Shown here: positions 24,890 to 37,326 of the stretch, piece by piece
Layout: every line of letters starts with the position of its first letter
Numbering within the stretch: position 1 is the first letter of the stretch
NCBI GenBank assembly: GCA_039545335.1
Contig: BCIN01000002.1
Location: 1,253,118 to 1,317,117, forward strand
Source of the DNA: Kondoa subrosea
Taxonomy: Eukaryota
Length of the DNA: 64,000 bases
Reading direction: 5' to 3'
The notes under the pieces: generated by a model
Seen by the model: only the letters and a program-made list of their open reading frames with translations
Databases searched by the model: none
What the model was told of the DNA's origin: nothing
Position numbers and translations under genes: made by a program

Positions 24890-26812
24890 ATGGCAGACCT
24901 GCCTCTCATCTTGGGCTTTCAAGTAGTGCGTCAAAATCTGCTTGATATTTAGCTCAGACTTACACATATACACCGAAACAGACAGATCAATGTGGTTCTG
25001 GAGCTTTCTCTCAAATCTATAAAGCCATTCATCCTCGATCCAATGAACTAGTAGCTGTCAAAGTCATCAAATATGCTGGTGGTCCCTTAGCTTCAAATCT
25101 ATTAAAAGAAGTGAAAATCCATTCATCACTCAAGAACAAACATGTGCTAGAAGTACTAGGATCAGAAGTAGATCCAGATGGAAGGAAAGCAGAATGGGGA
25201 ATCGGACCTGCTTTTTATATTGTTTTGGAGTATGCCTCAGGTGGAGATTTGTTCGATAAGATTGCTCCTGATTATGGTGTACCTGAAGAATTGGCTCACT
25301 ACTTCTTTTTTCAATTGATTGGTGGAATGAAATATGTTCATTCTCAAGGAATAGCTCATAGAGATTTGAAACCTGAAAACTTACTTTTGGATGGTCATGG
25401 CAATCTCAAGATTTCGGATTTTGGTTTATGCAGCTTGTTCAAGTATAAAGGCAAAGAAAGGCAATTGAATGATGCTTGTGGTTCTCCTCCTTATGCTGCT
25501 CCAGAAGTGAGTTGAAACCCTCAATCTGTACCGCATTCTGTACTGAGGCTTTTCACTTAGCTAGCATTGCGGAAACCTTACAATGCTGAACCGATAGACG
25601 TATGGAGCGCTGGAGTAGTCTTGTTCACTTTATTAGCAGGCAGTCAGTACGATGATGCTTGTCTATCAGCCTGAGTGCTGATACAGGCGTTGTCGTAAAC
25701 GACAGATACACCTTGGGATCAACCTACGAACCAATCACCTGAGTTTGTGGCCTATCTGAGTGGTGAACTATTGCAGTACGATCCATGGACAAGATTCAGT
25801 AGTCACAGTCTTTGTGAGTTTCCCTTCGTGTTCTCTCTCTTATTATTTTTATGTCGAGCAATTACCGCAGCATTGATCAAGAAGATGCTCCATACTGATC
25901 CAAGTCAAAGAATCACAATGGATGGAGTGATGCAACATCGTTTCTATAGCAGAAGATCAACCTATCTAGATCAAAACGGTCTTTGTCGGGATGCGGCTCG
26001 ATTAGCTCATGATATGCTTGAATGTCTCAAAGATCATGGATTCATTGAACAAGCTTCAACAGTTTATGAACCTAGTCAATCTCAAATGTGCGTGCCATCT
26101 TTTTTTCAAGCTTTGAGTTTAGGTTGTATGCTAATGGCTACGGATATAGGGACACCTCTATGATGGACATGCAATTACAACCTTCTGAAATAGCACCTTC
26201 TCAATCTCAGCAACCTCGTTCACAAATTGTTCGATTCAATGGTATGGAAATGGAAAGCAATGCGCCTTTCAAGCAGACTTTGACGAGCTACGTATGTGTT
26301 CTTGACAAATTTCAAATGTTGTTATGTAAAAGACTTATGCGTGGTATACATTACAGTCACAAGCTAACCGCCTCGCACCTTCCCAACGCGGCATAACAGA
26401 TTACCGACTCTTTATATGTATAGCACCTCTTACAGATCTGGTGCAAGCCATAATGTCAACTTTTGCAGACGGATCTAAACTGCTTGTGAACAAAGCTGCA
26501 GTTGCTGAACTTGACGCATTACGACCATCTGATATTCAATCAAGAGATCAAGTACCAGGAGGAGATGGTTGTCGAATTCGATTTTCTACACGAGATGGAC
26601 ATAAAATGCCTTTAGCTGGAATTGTGAAAATCACTAGAGAATTTGATTCACCTTTGAATGAAGAATATGGTGGTGGACAACCAGAAGATTTGAAAGTTTA
26701 CGCTATTCATTTCGATAGAACTAAAGGAGATCCTATTGGATTTCGTTTGTTGTATGAAGCGGTTCGAAAATCGGTCAAGGAGATTTTGCCTAAAGGTTCG
26801 ATTTTGGGTTAG
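24890..26812 (+). CDS. CHK1: Checkpoint kinase Chk1
   Basis: GSGAFS, VAVKVI, GGDLFDKIAPDYGVPEELAH, HRDLKPEN, DFGLC, CGSPPYAAPE, TPWDQPT, and the Chk1 C-terminal motif RTKGDPIGFR. Confidence 0.9.
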
Positions 26813-27446
26813 GAGGTAGATGATGAGGATTGAGATGCAGCACGCGAAGTGGATTGGGAGAGCATTAGGTCTTTCAGTAGAGATTGGAGTTCAGCATGAA
26901 GCAATTCTATGTAGATAGTAACAATTTAGTCAAATCGTTGGTAAATTTTCTAAGAAGAAAAGAAGCGAACCAGCTGAAGCTAATGTCTCTTTGTATTCCT
27001 GGTTGGCTTGCTTGAGTTCAACATCGAGTTTAGCGAAATCATCTTCATAGGTGTCTACTTCCGGCGCAGAAGGTAAGACGGAAATGAGGTATTCGAGCTG
27101 TTTGGCTTTCTTCAAAAGATCCGTAACTAGCTCTTTACGATTCGCTGTAAATTTCTTCAGCTTCAAAGCAACTTTGGGCACGGACGACATTGAACGGACC
27201 TTCGAAAGTTACTGGATCATCAAAATCCTCTGAAGACTGAGTAATTGGCAGATTCGGTACTACTTGCTTGAACCCGGCTTTGCCATGTATGTAGCTTAGA
27301 GTAGCGAACATGATTTGGACCAAGTCATCAACCGCTTGTGAAGTTTGTGAAAGGCGATCCATCACTAGGGGAAGTCCTGGCTACAGCCTAGGGCTCTGCA
27401 ACAAAGTGGGATACTTACAGCTGATCTCTGTGTCCAATGAGCTCAT
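26809..27446 (-). CDS. MED21: Mediator subunit Med21/Srb7
   Basis: MDRLSQTSQAVDDL...ELVTDLLKKAKQLEYLISVLPS plus a C-terminal coiled coil; last exon ends TAA at 26811-26809. Confidence 0.85.
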
Positions 27447-27725
27447 CAAGTTGCCTGTTGCTGCTAGACTCGAAACTATATTTCAAGCTTTTCTCCTAAC
27501 CATTCATTTCAAGAGGCATCTATCACAGCAAGACGCAGCCGCACACATAGTGTTGGATCTAGTGTCCATAGCAGGACCGCGGACTATCCCCTTCGAAGGA
27601 GTCTCCGCTTTAATTTAGCTTTTTAGAGCCAAGAGGGCAATGCTTTGTTGAACTGTGCTCTTATCTTTCTGTCCTTATTCTCTACTCTTCTCTCTTAACG
27701 ACCTGTCAACGAAACAACCGAAACG

Positions 27726-28667
27726 ATGGCCTTTTACGATTCAAGCCCTGACGAGGAATATTCCATTCCAACGCCTGCATTATCAAAATCGTCATCCGTC
27801 ACTTTCTCTACTGCTTCCAGTCGAAGGTGAATTGCTTCTACTACCATTCGATGAATATGTACTAAGTCCGAAGTTCATTGCAGAACCTCTGTCGTCTCGT
27901 TTCAATATTCATCAGATGAAGAAGATGAGCGAACAACTCGAAGAGCAGCTTGGCGATCTCCACGTCGTTCTCGATCAAACAGTACTACAACATCACCAGC
28001 TTCCATTTCTAGACCATTACCTTCTCCTACTTTTTCCAATCTAAACATTTTCCCTCAAATCGGTCCTTTGCCAACCGAAACTGTATTCGAAGCTCAAGAA
28101 GCAGAGGAACAGGAAGAAGAAGAGAATTATCTTACTTTTGGTGCTTATCCAAAAAAACGTCCTTCACCAATCGTTATTCCAAGCGCTACTAAACCATTTC
28201 GAACACCTAGATTAAAAACCCATTTACCGCCTCATCGACGTCGATCTACGAAATATATTTTAACGTCAGCTTCTTCAAAGAAAGAAGAAGTACAAGGTTG
28301 GAGAGAATATTTGGTAGCTTGTACACCTGCGAGATTGGAATGGGTTTTGAAAGGAGTGGTTTTGTTAGCTGTTTCTGCCACGGTCTTGGCTATGTTTGTG
28401 GGTAGTTGTGTTATTTCGGTCATGGAGGATATCAAGAGATGGGTCAAGAAAATGACAAAGATTTTGAATGTGTTGTGGGAAAACAATGAGGAAGAAGAAG
28501 ATTTGGAAAATACACGACAAGGTCAACAACAACAACAGACAAGAAGACCAGCTTTATTTGTCTTGATCCCTACTCTGGCTTTCGTTTGCGTTTATGCTGT
28601 TGCACGATTTTTCATGGTTTCTTATACCAAACACAAGAGAAACAGGAAAAGTCAACGCAGCAATTAG
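27726..28667 (+). CDS. Hypothetical protein with Ser-rich N-terminus and two predicted transmembrane segments
   Basis: ATG at 27726, one intron (about 27828-27882), open to 28667. Hydrophobic stretches VLKGVVLLAVSATVLAMFVGSCVI and LFVLIPTLAFVCVYAVARFFMV. Confidence 0.6.
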
Positions 28668-28951
28668 GTTGGAGTTTTAGTTTCTCTTTGGGTTTTTGGG
28701 CGCACAACAGAAGAGAGGATAGATGACTGCTCGCATATGTTTACTCATGAATCATGCTTCAATTAGATCTATATGTATGGTATATCCTGAATGTAATACA
28801 ATACACTGTCTCATAACAGATGGATTTGCTAGCTGCAGAAATGCCTGATGACTCAAACGCTCGACTAGTGAATTATCGAAGATGTCTCGAATGCTATACA
28901 AAGCGTCCGTGTAAGTGAAATGTCCCTGATCATTGTCCGTCTAATGTCCTA

Positions 28952-31032
28952 TCAACCCAAAAAAATCGCAACGAAAACCAACAGCAAAGCACTACCCAAC
29001 GGAACCATCTTCTCAGCTCCAGATTCTTTCGCGTTCTTGTTGGCGCCATTCGCCGCTTTAGATGCTGAACCTGTTTGCACTACACCAGAAGAAGATAGAG
29101 TTGCGCTAGGTGAAGAAGAGGAACAAGACGCTTGAGCAGCCGATAGTGCGTCTGATGTAGTTGGAGCAGCAGCGTTGACTGTCGCGTTGCCAGAGAAATC
29201 GCAAGCAGCTGCGGTATAATTCTGAGAAGCATAGTATAGCGAGAAAGCGGCCGAGAGTCTCGTTTCGGCAGAGCAGAAGGACTAGAGAGAGTGTGTACAC
29301 GATATCAGCTGCTATTATTATGTTGCTGATCCAAAGAGACTCACGTATGGGCCATAAGTACCTGTAGCACCATCTGCCGCGATTTCCGAACAGCTTCCTC
29401 CATTAGCGGCCAAAGTCTGACAAGTATAATCCAGTCTAATTACACATTATTGTTAGCCGATGGTACATGGTGCAGAGACAGAAGACTTACAATTCGCCCA
29501 TGACATTTGGTGTTGTTCCCGGTCTGACAACGCAAGAGAAGACATTGTTCATCAGACAGTTGCAAAGACCAGCGTTTGGTGTAGGCTGTACATAATCGTC
29601 AGTCGATAGCACTCAGTATATAGTACTACGCTTACAGGTAAGGTATTGGAAGCCAAGAAAGAAGAATCGGGTGCAGCACAAGCAGGATAAGTAGATGCAG
29701 ATGCAGCGCTTTGAGCAGGTGTAGTAGGTAAAGTGACTGCAGCGTATTGTGCTTGCAGTGCTCTGCATGCCAAAATTAGTAAGTTCTCAATTCTCGATGG
29801 AAGACACATACTGAGCATCGGCATTCAAGGTTGGAGGTGAAGTAGCATTGCTAGTGAGACCGTAACCTTGAGAATCTTCAAAGTACTCGAATGCGAAACC
29901 GCCACTCCAAACCTGAGTTTCGGCGGATGAGAACAGCTCAGCTACTTCTGAAAAATTTCGCGGTGGATTATCGATTGATCCAAATTCTGATAAGACTGCA
30001 GCGACTGTAGGCATGGACAAGAATGGGAATTAGCCACTGCTAAAATCCGATCATGACACTCCTACCTGGATAATCTGCATATTGACTAGTCAAAGCAGGA
30101 TAGCTAGAAGCAGGACGATAATTGTTCAATCCATAGATATCAATGCTTTCATTCGCCGAGCCGCAAGCCAAGTAGTTTGCAAGAGGTTGCCTCCAATCGT
30201 TTTCTCCATCCGTAGAAGCATACATGGTGAGAATAGAAGAAGAAACGGAAGCCAAGTAAGATTTGACATCCCTTGCTGCTGCTTTGACGAAAGCTGCTGC
30301 TGCTGAATTGCTAGTCCCGGTAACTACTTCATTGCCGACGGTAAAGGCAGCGAGATTTTCATATGAGCGCAAAGAATCGATTGTCGCTATGTAGGCATCC
30401 AGAAGACCAACATCCCAAGAAGGTGCTGCTCTGTTGATGGAACCTAAGGTGATTTATAATTAGCTATCTATTCGATTGTGAGTCGAGGAGTATTCATGTA
30501 CCATTCAAGGGTAAAGCCAGATCAGCAATGACATAGATTCCAGCAGCATCGAAAGCGTTCATGCAACCGCTGTGATCGACTTGCGGGTCGACGTTGTACA
30601 CTCGAATAGCATTGACACCAAGTTGTTGAAGGTTCGGCAGATCTGCTTTGCATCGAGTTTCATTGCCTGTGATCAAATCCATCAGCATACAGACGACAGG
30701 AGACCAGACTCTCCGGACAAAGGACCTCAAGGTAGAAGCCTCTGTGTCGAGTCTGTATTGAGGAGACTGACTCAGCGGGTCCACATAAGAGCTTGGTTCG
30801 GGGAAACCACCATTCGCAGCATTCTCCGCAGTCTCTGCTGCTATTTGTCCAGGTTCTTGATATGCTAGCACATCGCAATATAAGTTCCAAGCTTCGACCG
30901 ATGCGAGTGTTGCTTACCGATTCCCTTAAATGAAATGCGTGCACCATCAGCGTAAAGATATCGACCTTGACGAGTTATAGCAGGTAGAGCTCGAGCTAGA
31001 GGTAATAGCGCGAGGATCAAAGAAGGCAGCAT
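28952..31032 (-). CDS. GH72 1,3-beta-glucanosyltransferase (Gas/Gel) with Cys-rich X8/CBM43 domain and GPI signal
   Basis: Signal peptide MLPSLILALLPLARA, FKGIAYQ, LGVNAIRVYNVD, AGIYVIADL, VGNEV, LSEFG, SGGFAFEYF, Cys-rich C-terminal region and hydrophobic tail. Confidence 0.93.
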
Positions 31033-31580
31033 TGTTTGTTTAGTCTTTGTGATGTGTCAGTTCTTTAGCTGGAGGCTACAGCTTTGGTGGGTGGTGTATG
31101 AAAAAGGTGGAGTGTGTATGAAAGTGTTACAGGCAGGTATAATTAGTAAGTACAAAGAAGAAGAAGAAGTCGTGGAATCAGGAAAACATCATTCGATCAA
31201 AAATGCCAAGTTTGCCCTTCTGCTTGGTATTTCCTGGAATGTCGCGCCAGGTTCTAGCGCTCAAGCAGCCCCTCACTACACAAAATGTGCAGCACCGCTT
31301 AGGAATTCGGCTGATTCTATATATTCGACCAGAATTCGGCGCGTTCTGCCAAAGCGCCAGATATAGAGACTATAGTTTCTCAATCTTCGTTGAGGATCAG
31401 AGTACTGAGTACTACATACCTGAACGGGATCCATTGCGAAGTCCTAACTTAAGACGACAGCAACATAGTATAATTAGAATGCCACTTTGCTTGATATAGA
31501 CAGCTCTAAGCAAACACATCAGCCAATCACTACTGACCTAGGATTGAGTAGGTTCACCTGGCTCCCATGCTTTCACACAT

Positions 31581-32423
31581 CTACCTCTCTTGCGTAGCGA
31601 CTTTCGTATACCCATTCTGACCATTACTTTGACCGACTGCATTACCCAATAATTCCATAGCGACTTCCCTTCCCACATTGGTTGCCGTAGCTCTTCTATT
31701 ATGATTCTGCTGCTGCGGATGATCTGACGGTAATAGATCTCTATCGACTTTCCAATTGCTGACTGTTAAATTGGAACGCATTTCCCTTTTGATGCACAAT
31801 TGTTCTGCCCAAACTATTTGGACTATTGTTGAAAAGGAGTAGACTAGCCATAGTGAGATTGATGTTGGGAAAGAAGAAGAGTAGTAAGAGGTTAGGAGTA
31901 GATGGTTGAAGAGGAGCGTTAGGGAGAAATCCAGGATATAAGTTGGCCTTCTGATGATTGCGTACAAGTAGAAGACTCTACAGCGTCATACGTCAGGTAA
32001 CAAATTCCTCAGTAATACGCACGCGTCGACGACTTACTCAATCAATGAAATCACCACCCAAGAAATGCACAGAACCCAAGATATAGCCGATTGACCTTGT
32101 TTCATCAACCCTAAATCCAGCATAGGGTCCAATTCCATCCATCTACCCAATTCACCTAATCTTCCAGCCATATTTCTCCAATCCATAATCATAGCAACAT
32201 TGTAACTTCCACCTTGTTCTGATAAACCGACAGACCAGAATGCATGTCTCGCTACTACAGCGTTTAGCAGTAATGGAGATACCAAGGAAAGAGTCAAGTA
32301 GTGCAGAGCAGTGAGGGAGATGATTTGCGTGATTAAGAGGAAAGGGTCGAAGCCTTGTATACGGAAATCAGACGGCGCTTGCTGAGACCCGCTCCTGCTC
32401 AGAGCCATGCTTAAAGCAGACAT
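31581..32423 (-). CDS. SYS1: Golgi integral membrane protein Sys1
   Basis: FDPFLLITQIISLTALHYLTL; IIRRPTYILDFSLTLLFNHLLLTSYYSSSFPTS; AEQLCIKREM. Confidence 0.88.
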
Positions 32424-32552
32424 ATTGTGTGAGATGTATGAAGGCCAGGTACTCTAACAGGAATCAGCGCTGGAGACGGTTGCACGGTTGCTCTCCAACC
32501 AAGACTTGACTGAAACTGAAAAGGCAAGCAACAAGTCGAGCTGGCTAAAGGG

Positions 32553-33300
32553 ATGGCGACAAACAGGCAGACAGTATTACCAAGGGATGCGAGGCTGGTA
32601 GCGCTGATATTGGCTCAGATGGGTGTGGAAACAGCAAGTCCAGCTGTAATGACTTTACTCATGGAATTCGCTCATCGTCTGTTCTGCCTTACTATCCTGT
32701 ATTCATGAATGCTGAATACAAGTGCGGATTATAGGCTACACAACGGAAATCTTACAAGATGCACAAGTTTATGCAGAACACGCTTCGAAAGCAATCATTA
32801 ATGGTCAACCTGGTACACGAGCACCTGCATCTACTACAACACCATCAATGGATGATGTGAGGTTAGCTATCCAATCCAAAATAGAACAATCTTTCAGTCA
32901 ACCTTGGCCAAAAGAAGTAAGCTCTTCTCCTGCTCTCCTTCAAATCCATAGTTCTTCTCCCTCCCTCTCTCTCTCTCTCTTTCTGCTCTCCTTTTTGTTG
33001 TACGTTGGGCTCATGATCGTGCAACAGTTTCTTCTTCCTCTCGCAGCTTCATTAAACAAAGAACCTCTTCCACCAATTCTAGACGCTTACGGTGTCAAAC
33101 TCCCTCCCGAATCCGAAAGATTGACAGCAATCAATTTCGATCTGATACCGAGGAGTAAACCTTCTCATGGTCAAATGGAAGAAGATGAAGATCAAGGCAT
33201 GCAAGAAGACAAAAATGAGCAGGAAGAAGATGAAGAGAAATTATTTAGTGATGAAGATATGGGAGAAGATCAGAAGGGAGAGGAGGATGATTACGATTGA
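32553..33300 (+). CDS. TAF9: TFIID/SAGA subunit Taf9
   Basis: PRDARLVALIL, LMEFAHRYTTEILQDAQVYAEHA, DDVRLAIQ, LAASLNKEPLP, GVKLPPE; acidic tail. Confidence 0.93.
32962..32980 (+). repeat. (CT)n microsatellite inside a TAF9 intron
   Basis: Run ...ctctctctctctctct visible directly. Confidence 0.8.
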
Positions 33301-33573
33301 TATGCGCTGCGAAATAAGGTGTTTATATTGCATTGACTATTATTTTGGGCTATATGATTTTGAAGTTTTGTATGAAAAGAACATGAGATCCTACAACTGG
33401 CTTGAAGTCATTCGGTCCATGTCGTGCAGTAGATGCCGTAACAAGAGTGAGGCAGTTCTTGAAAGATCACATCCTATCACCAAGTTTTTGTCCGCTTGAC
33501 ACCCATTGACAATCAGCCTTGCGCACAACATAGATGTGCTCGACCTTGCTAGCAAATCTTTAGGTGTACATCA

Positions 33574-34908
33574 TCATGGTGCGACTTCGGGATCGATAAA
33601 GTATTCGTTGATAGATGAAGAGATGTAGCGTTCGATGTACCAGTGTAGCTTCTTCTCTTTTTCTAGCTCCTAAATCACGCAATGACTTGAATATAAGTTG
33701 AGAGCATCTACTTGTACTGCAGCCACACTCACCCGAATTTGAACTTTGACGTAGTCATCGCATTTCAAATTACCGGTGCAGAGTTGAGTCATTTGGCCGA
33801 CTGGCCATCGTAAAACGCAGAAAAGAAGACCCCAGGCAGTGACGGGGGAATTGCCGAAAAAGAGAGATTTGAGATTTGGTCCGATCGAGACTAGGGCTTC
33901 GGGATGCAACATATTCCATCTGAGTTCGAGTTGTTCGAGTTGTCTCATATCTTGAAGCCAAGGTGTTCGTGGTCCGACTGGTTCTTCTGCCTGGGTGGCG
34001 GAGTAAAAACCGTCCAAGCTGATGATTCTGAGATGTCGACCATGTTGATGAATCTTGGTCAAGACCACCTCGGTCAGATCTTCATTGATCTCGGATGCGA
34101 AAATACGGAGCGCCTCCAAAGAAGGTACACAGCGCAGAAGAATCGCAACATCGTTGTCAGACATATAGGACCAGCTGTCGCTGAATGAAAACAAAGAGAT
34201 GGAAAAGATGTCCGAGCTGTCGGGGATCCGTGGTTGGAGCGTTTCTATACATATACGTCTGAGTACACGAAGAGACTTCAGCAGCAATGGCAGGTCCTCC
34301 AGGGTCCATATGTGTGCCCCTGGTTCAACAAATGGGTCTACTTCTAAAGGGTACAGGACCAATTCTTTGAGGTGACGCAGATTAGCCAGAGAGGGTAGGA
34401 GTAAATCGTAATGCTTCTGATATACTTGCAGGCCATTCAAGTGCTGAATATTGGGAAGGATCAGGATGAGAGATGCTACACAGCCAAAGTCTGCCGGATC
34501 CATGTCGTCGAAAGTATCCTTCTTTGCGCTAAAGATTTTGACCTTCTTTCGTATATCTTCTGGTTGTGCGGTTAACGCCCAGTAGCACTTTGCAAGATTC
34601 TCCAAACTGTCGTTTGGACGATGCCCAAAACTCAAAGAGCGATACAAGACGGCCCGCGCCAGAATGACAAAATCCTTTTACAACTCGGAAGCAGCAATTT
34701 GAATAGTTTCTTGCGGGGCTTAACGAGGTAGCAGATATGTTCAATGAGTTCGTCAGGCAAGCCCAGAAGGTTGAAGGGCGCAAAGATTGGTGCTCCGCGA
34801 GAGTCGCTCTGAGCCAAGCTCGCTCTTCGTACTGGCTGCGATGATAGCGCAAGCGCGGACACTGCAAGCTATCAGAGGCGGATCCTGTAGAGTACAGAGT
34901 GACTTACT
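33574..34908 (-). pseudogene. F-box/LRR protein, family B, with a frameshift at the F-box/LRR boundary (pseudogene or sequencing indel)
   Basis: F-box LLGLPDELIEHICYLV...SCKRI is in one frame and LARAVLYRSLSF plus the LRR region in another. One extra T in the run at 34669-34672 restores the frame. Paralog of 35615-36910 (shared RWPVGQ and terminal intron). Confidence 0.7.
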
Positions 34909-35119
34909 GGTAAACGAAGCTCGAGTAGTTTCCTCGCTTGTCCAGAATCTCGTCCTTTCCGGTAGAACACTCTTGCCAAGTCTTTTGCCTGGAAATCCAG
35001 ATGGTCTACTCTGAAGGTTGGACAATTCTAGTAAGATCAATGAATGAACATGATCCCTCTCGGTTTCCAGAGGTAAAATGCAGGTCGATGTTTGTGGTCA
35101 AGCGAGACCGAGAAATACA

Positions 35120-35148
35120 GCTTTGGAAGCTTTGGAAGCTTTGGAAGC
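35120..35148 (+). repeat. Short tandem repeat (GCTTTGGAA)x3
   Basis: gctttggaagctttggaagctttggaagc seen directly between the two family B paralogs. Confidence 0.75.
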
Positions 35149-35614
35149 GCTAGCTATAGGTTCAGACTATGTATATCGCTTAGGACTCAAATACGCTGAG
35201 CATTCTAGGTTCGAAAATGATTTTGCATCCTGCCCGTGCTCTTATTGTCAGTGACACCTCAACTTAAAGTTGAGCTATTGCTCGATTCCCCTGACACAAA
35301 ATGAGAATCGCACACTGACAATGCTGCTCCGCCGAGAAAGCGACACATGCACTTTTGAAATGTACTCTTTTCGTCAGAAGGTATAGATTGTAAAGTTGAA
35401 TAGGTCGAATGGTCGATAATAGTACAAGATTGGCCCTTGATGCAGCACAGACAGATATTGTGGAGCGTAGAAGATGTGAAGCCCATACTTTGTGTTGGTC
35501 TTGATGAGAGACAATGGATTTCTCAGCATTTACCAGCATGACCTCCTGCTGTCCGCGCAATCAGTCACGGAGGTGCTTAAGCTAGACAAGACGCGCATAC
35601 CATGGCAAAAAAGA

Positions 35615-36910
35615 TCACAGCGTATGAGAAGCAGGGTAGAAAAAATGAACGTCCAAAGGCGAAGATCCTGGTCTGCAGCGTCTCCATTGCATATTTTTCT
35701 CCTTCGCGATGATCTGGATAGCAATGATTAACGAGGTTTAGGTAAGGATATCTGTTTAGCTCACCTTGATCTGACTCTTGACAAAAGCGTTCGGTTTCCA
35801 GTCAACTGTTCGCAAAGCTTTCACTTGCCCAACAGGCCAACGAGCAACACAATATAGTAAGCAATGACCGTCAATATCTTGGCAGCCGTCGAGACAAATA
35901 TACTGAAGCTGAGTTCCAATCTTTGTCAAACCCTGCGGATTCAACATTTTCCCACCCAATTCGAAAGAAACCAGATGAAGCATTTTATGTAGCCAAGGCT
36001 CCTGAGGTCCAATTCCACCAGGGTTATCAGAATGTAGGCCATGCAAACTGAGTACTTGCAAATTGGAACCTTGTTTCGAGACGATGTTGAGAGCGTAACC
36101 TGTCAGCTTGTTGTTGTTGGTATTGTTGACAATGCGGAGTGCTTGTAGATTCGATAACTCTTCCAGCAATACGCTAAGATTGGCGTCTGATAAATTAGAC
36201 CAGAAATCGCAAAATGAGACCAGATTTGTTGGGGAACTTGGGAAAGACAAATGACCAGGTCGAAAGGATTGAAGGCTGAACCTCTTCAAATTAGGATTGG
36301 CCAATAATTTTGGTATATCGCCAATGGAGAAGGTATGTGCTGGGTTCTGAAGCGAATAGGTTCCGAAACGACGTGTCAAGCGGTGATCAGCTACATGCAG
36401 TTCCTCCAGATGGTCCAAATCCTTCAGGCAAGTGATTGATGCCTCCAACGCATTTGAGTAGCATATAAACCCAGCTATCGAGCGAATATTGGGCGACAGG
36501 ACAAAGAGATTGGCCAAGGCTCCAAACTTCTGATCGTCCAGTGAAACTGCACGTACTAGTGCAGGATTTGCATCAATCTGCCTAATGTATTGCCGCTTTT
36601 TATTGTGGGTCAATAGACGATTGAATAGAAGGCGAGCCGATTCCAAGCTGTACAAAGTGATGTCGCGATAAAGCACTCGATCTTCAACGATGTTTTTCAG
36701 TGTCTTGCATGTGTACATAAGATTGACCAGATCTTCTGCCGTCAAATAGCAACATATGCGCTTGATGATTTTATCTTCCAAGCGCAGCATGGCTCGAGAT
36801 GGAAACAAGGCATAGACCTCAGAGAGATCTAGATCTAAAAGGTGCCAGTGATGGTTCACTGAAAAGACCCATGTGAGGTGCGACTGCTGGCGAAGTGAAT
36901 AGCACATACT
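35615..36910 (-). CDS. F-box/LRR (RNI-like) protein, family B, apparently intact
   Basis: MLRLEDKIIKRICCYLTAEDLVNLMYTCKTLKNIVEDRVLYRDITL F-box-like motif, then LxxLxL repeats; last exon IIAKEKN...HTL*. Confidence 0.75.
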
Positions 36911-37326
36911 AGCAAAGCGATGGTCTGTATATCGTAATCGATACTTCTCGTCAATCGTAGCACGTATGCCCTGCTTTGAACGCCCTGACAGCGAAGCCTG
37001 ATTCAAATCCAACTTAAGGCTGGACAATCAGGCCTTTGCACGGTCAGACTGGGCGACTAGCACTTTAGCACAGGCCGCTTAAGCTGATCAATATTGCCAG
37101 GCGAGTCAACGGCTCTATCAGTTGCTCAGGCGAGAAAGTCGCTGTGCACAAACAACATTCCAATTTCCAAAATTCAAATACAGTGCTGACTGAGACAGAT
37201 GACCTCCGCGATTACATTATGGCTCAAGATACAAGCTTGACTTCATAGAGAGATGCACAAATAGGCGGTATCTTCTTTGTGCAAACATTGTGGTGACGGA
37301 CCATTTTCAAAGTGCAACCAGCGATT

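Noticed and set aside
34666..34678. GGATTTT heptamer at the F-box frameshift as a programmed -1 slippery site
   Set aside because: The phase is wrong (zero frame reads AGG ATT TTG, not G GAT TTT), and the other family frameshifts differ in direction and sequence. A simple indel is more likely.
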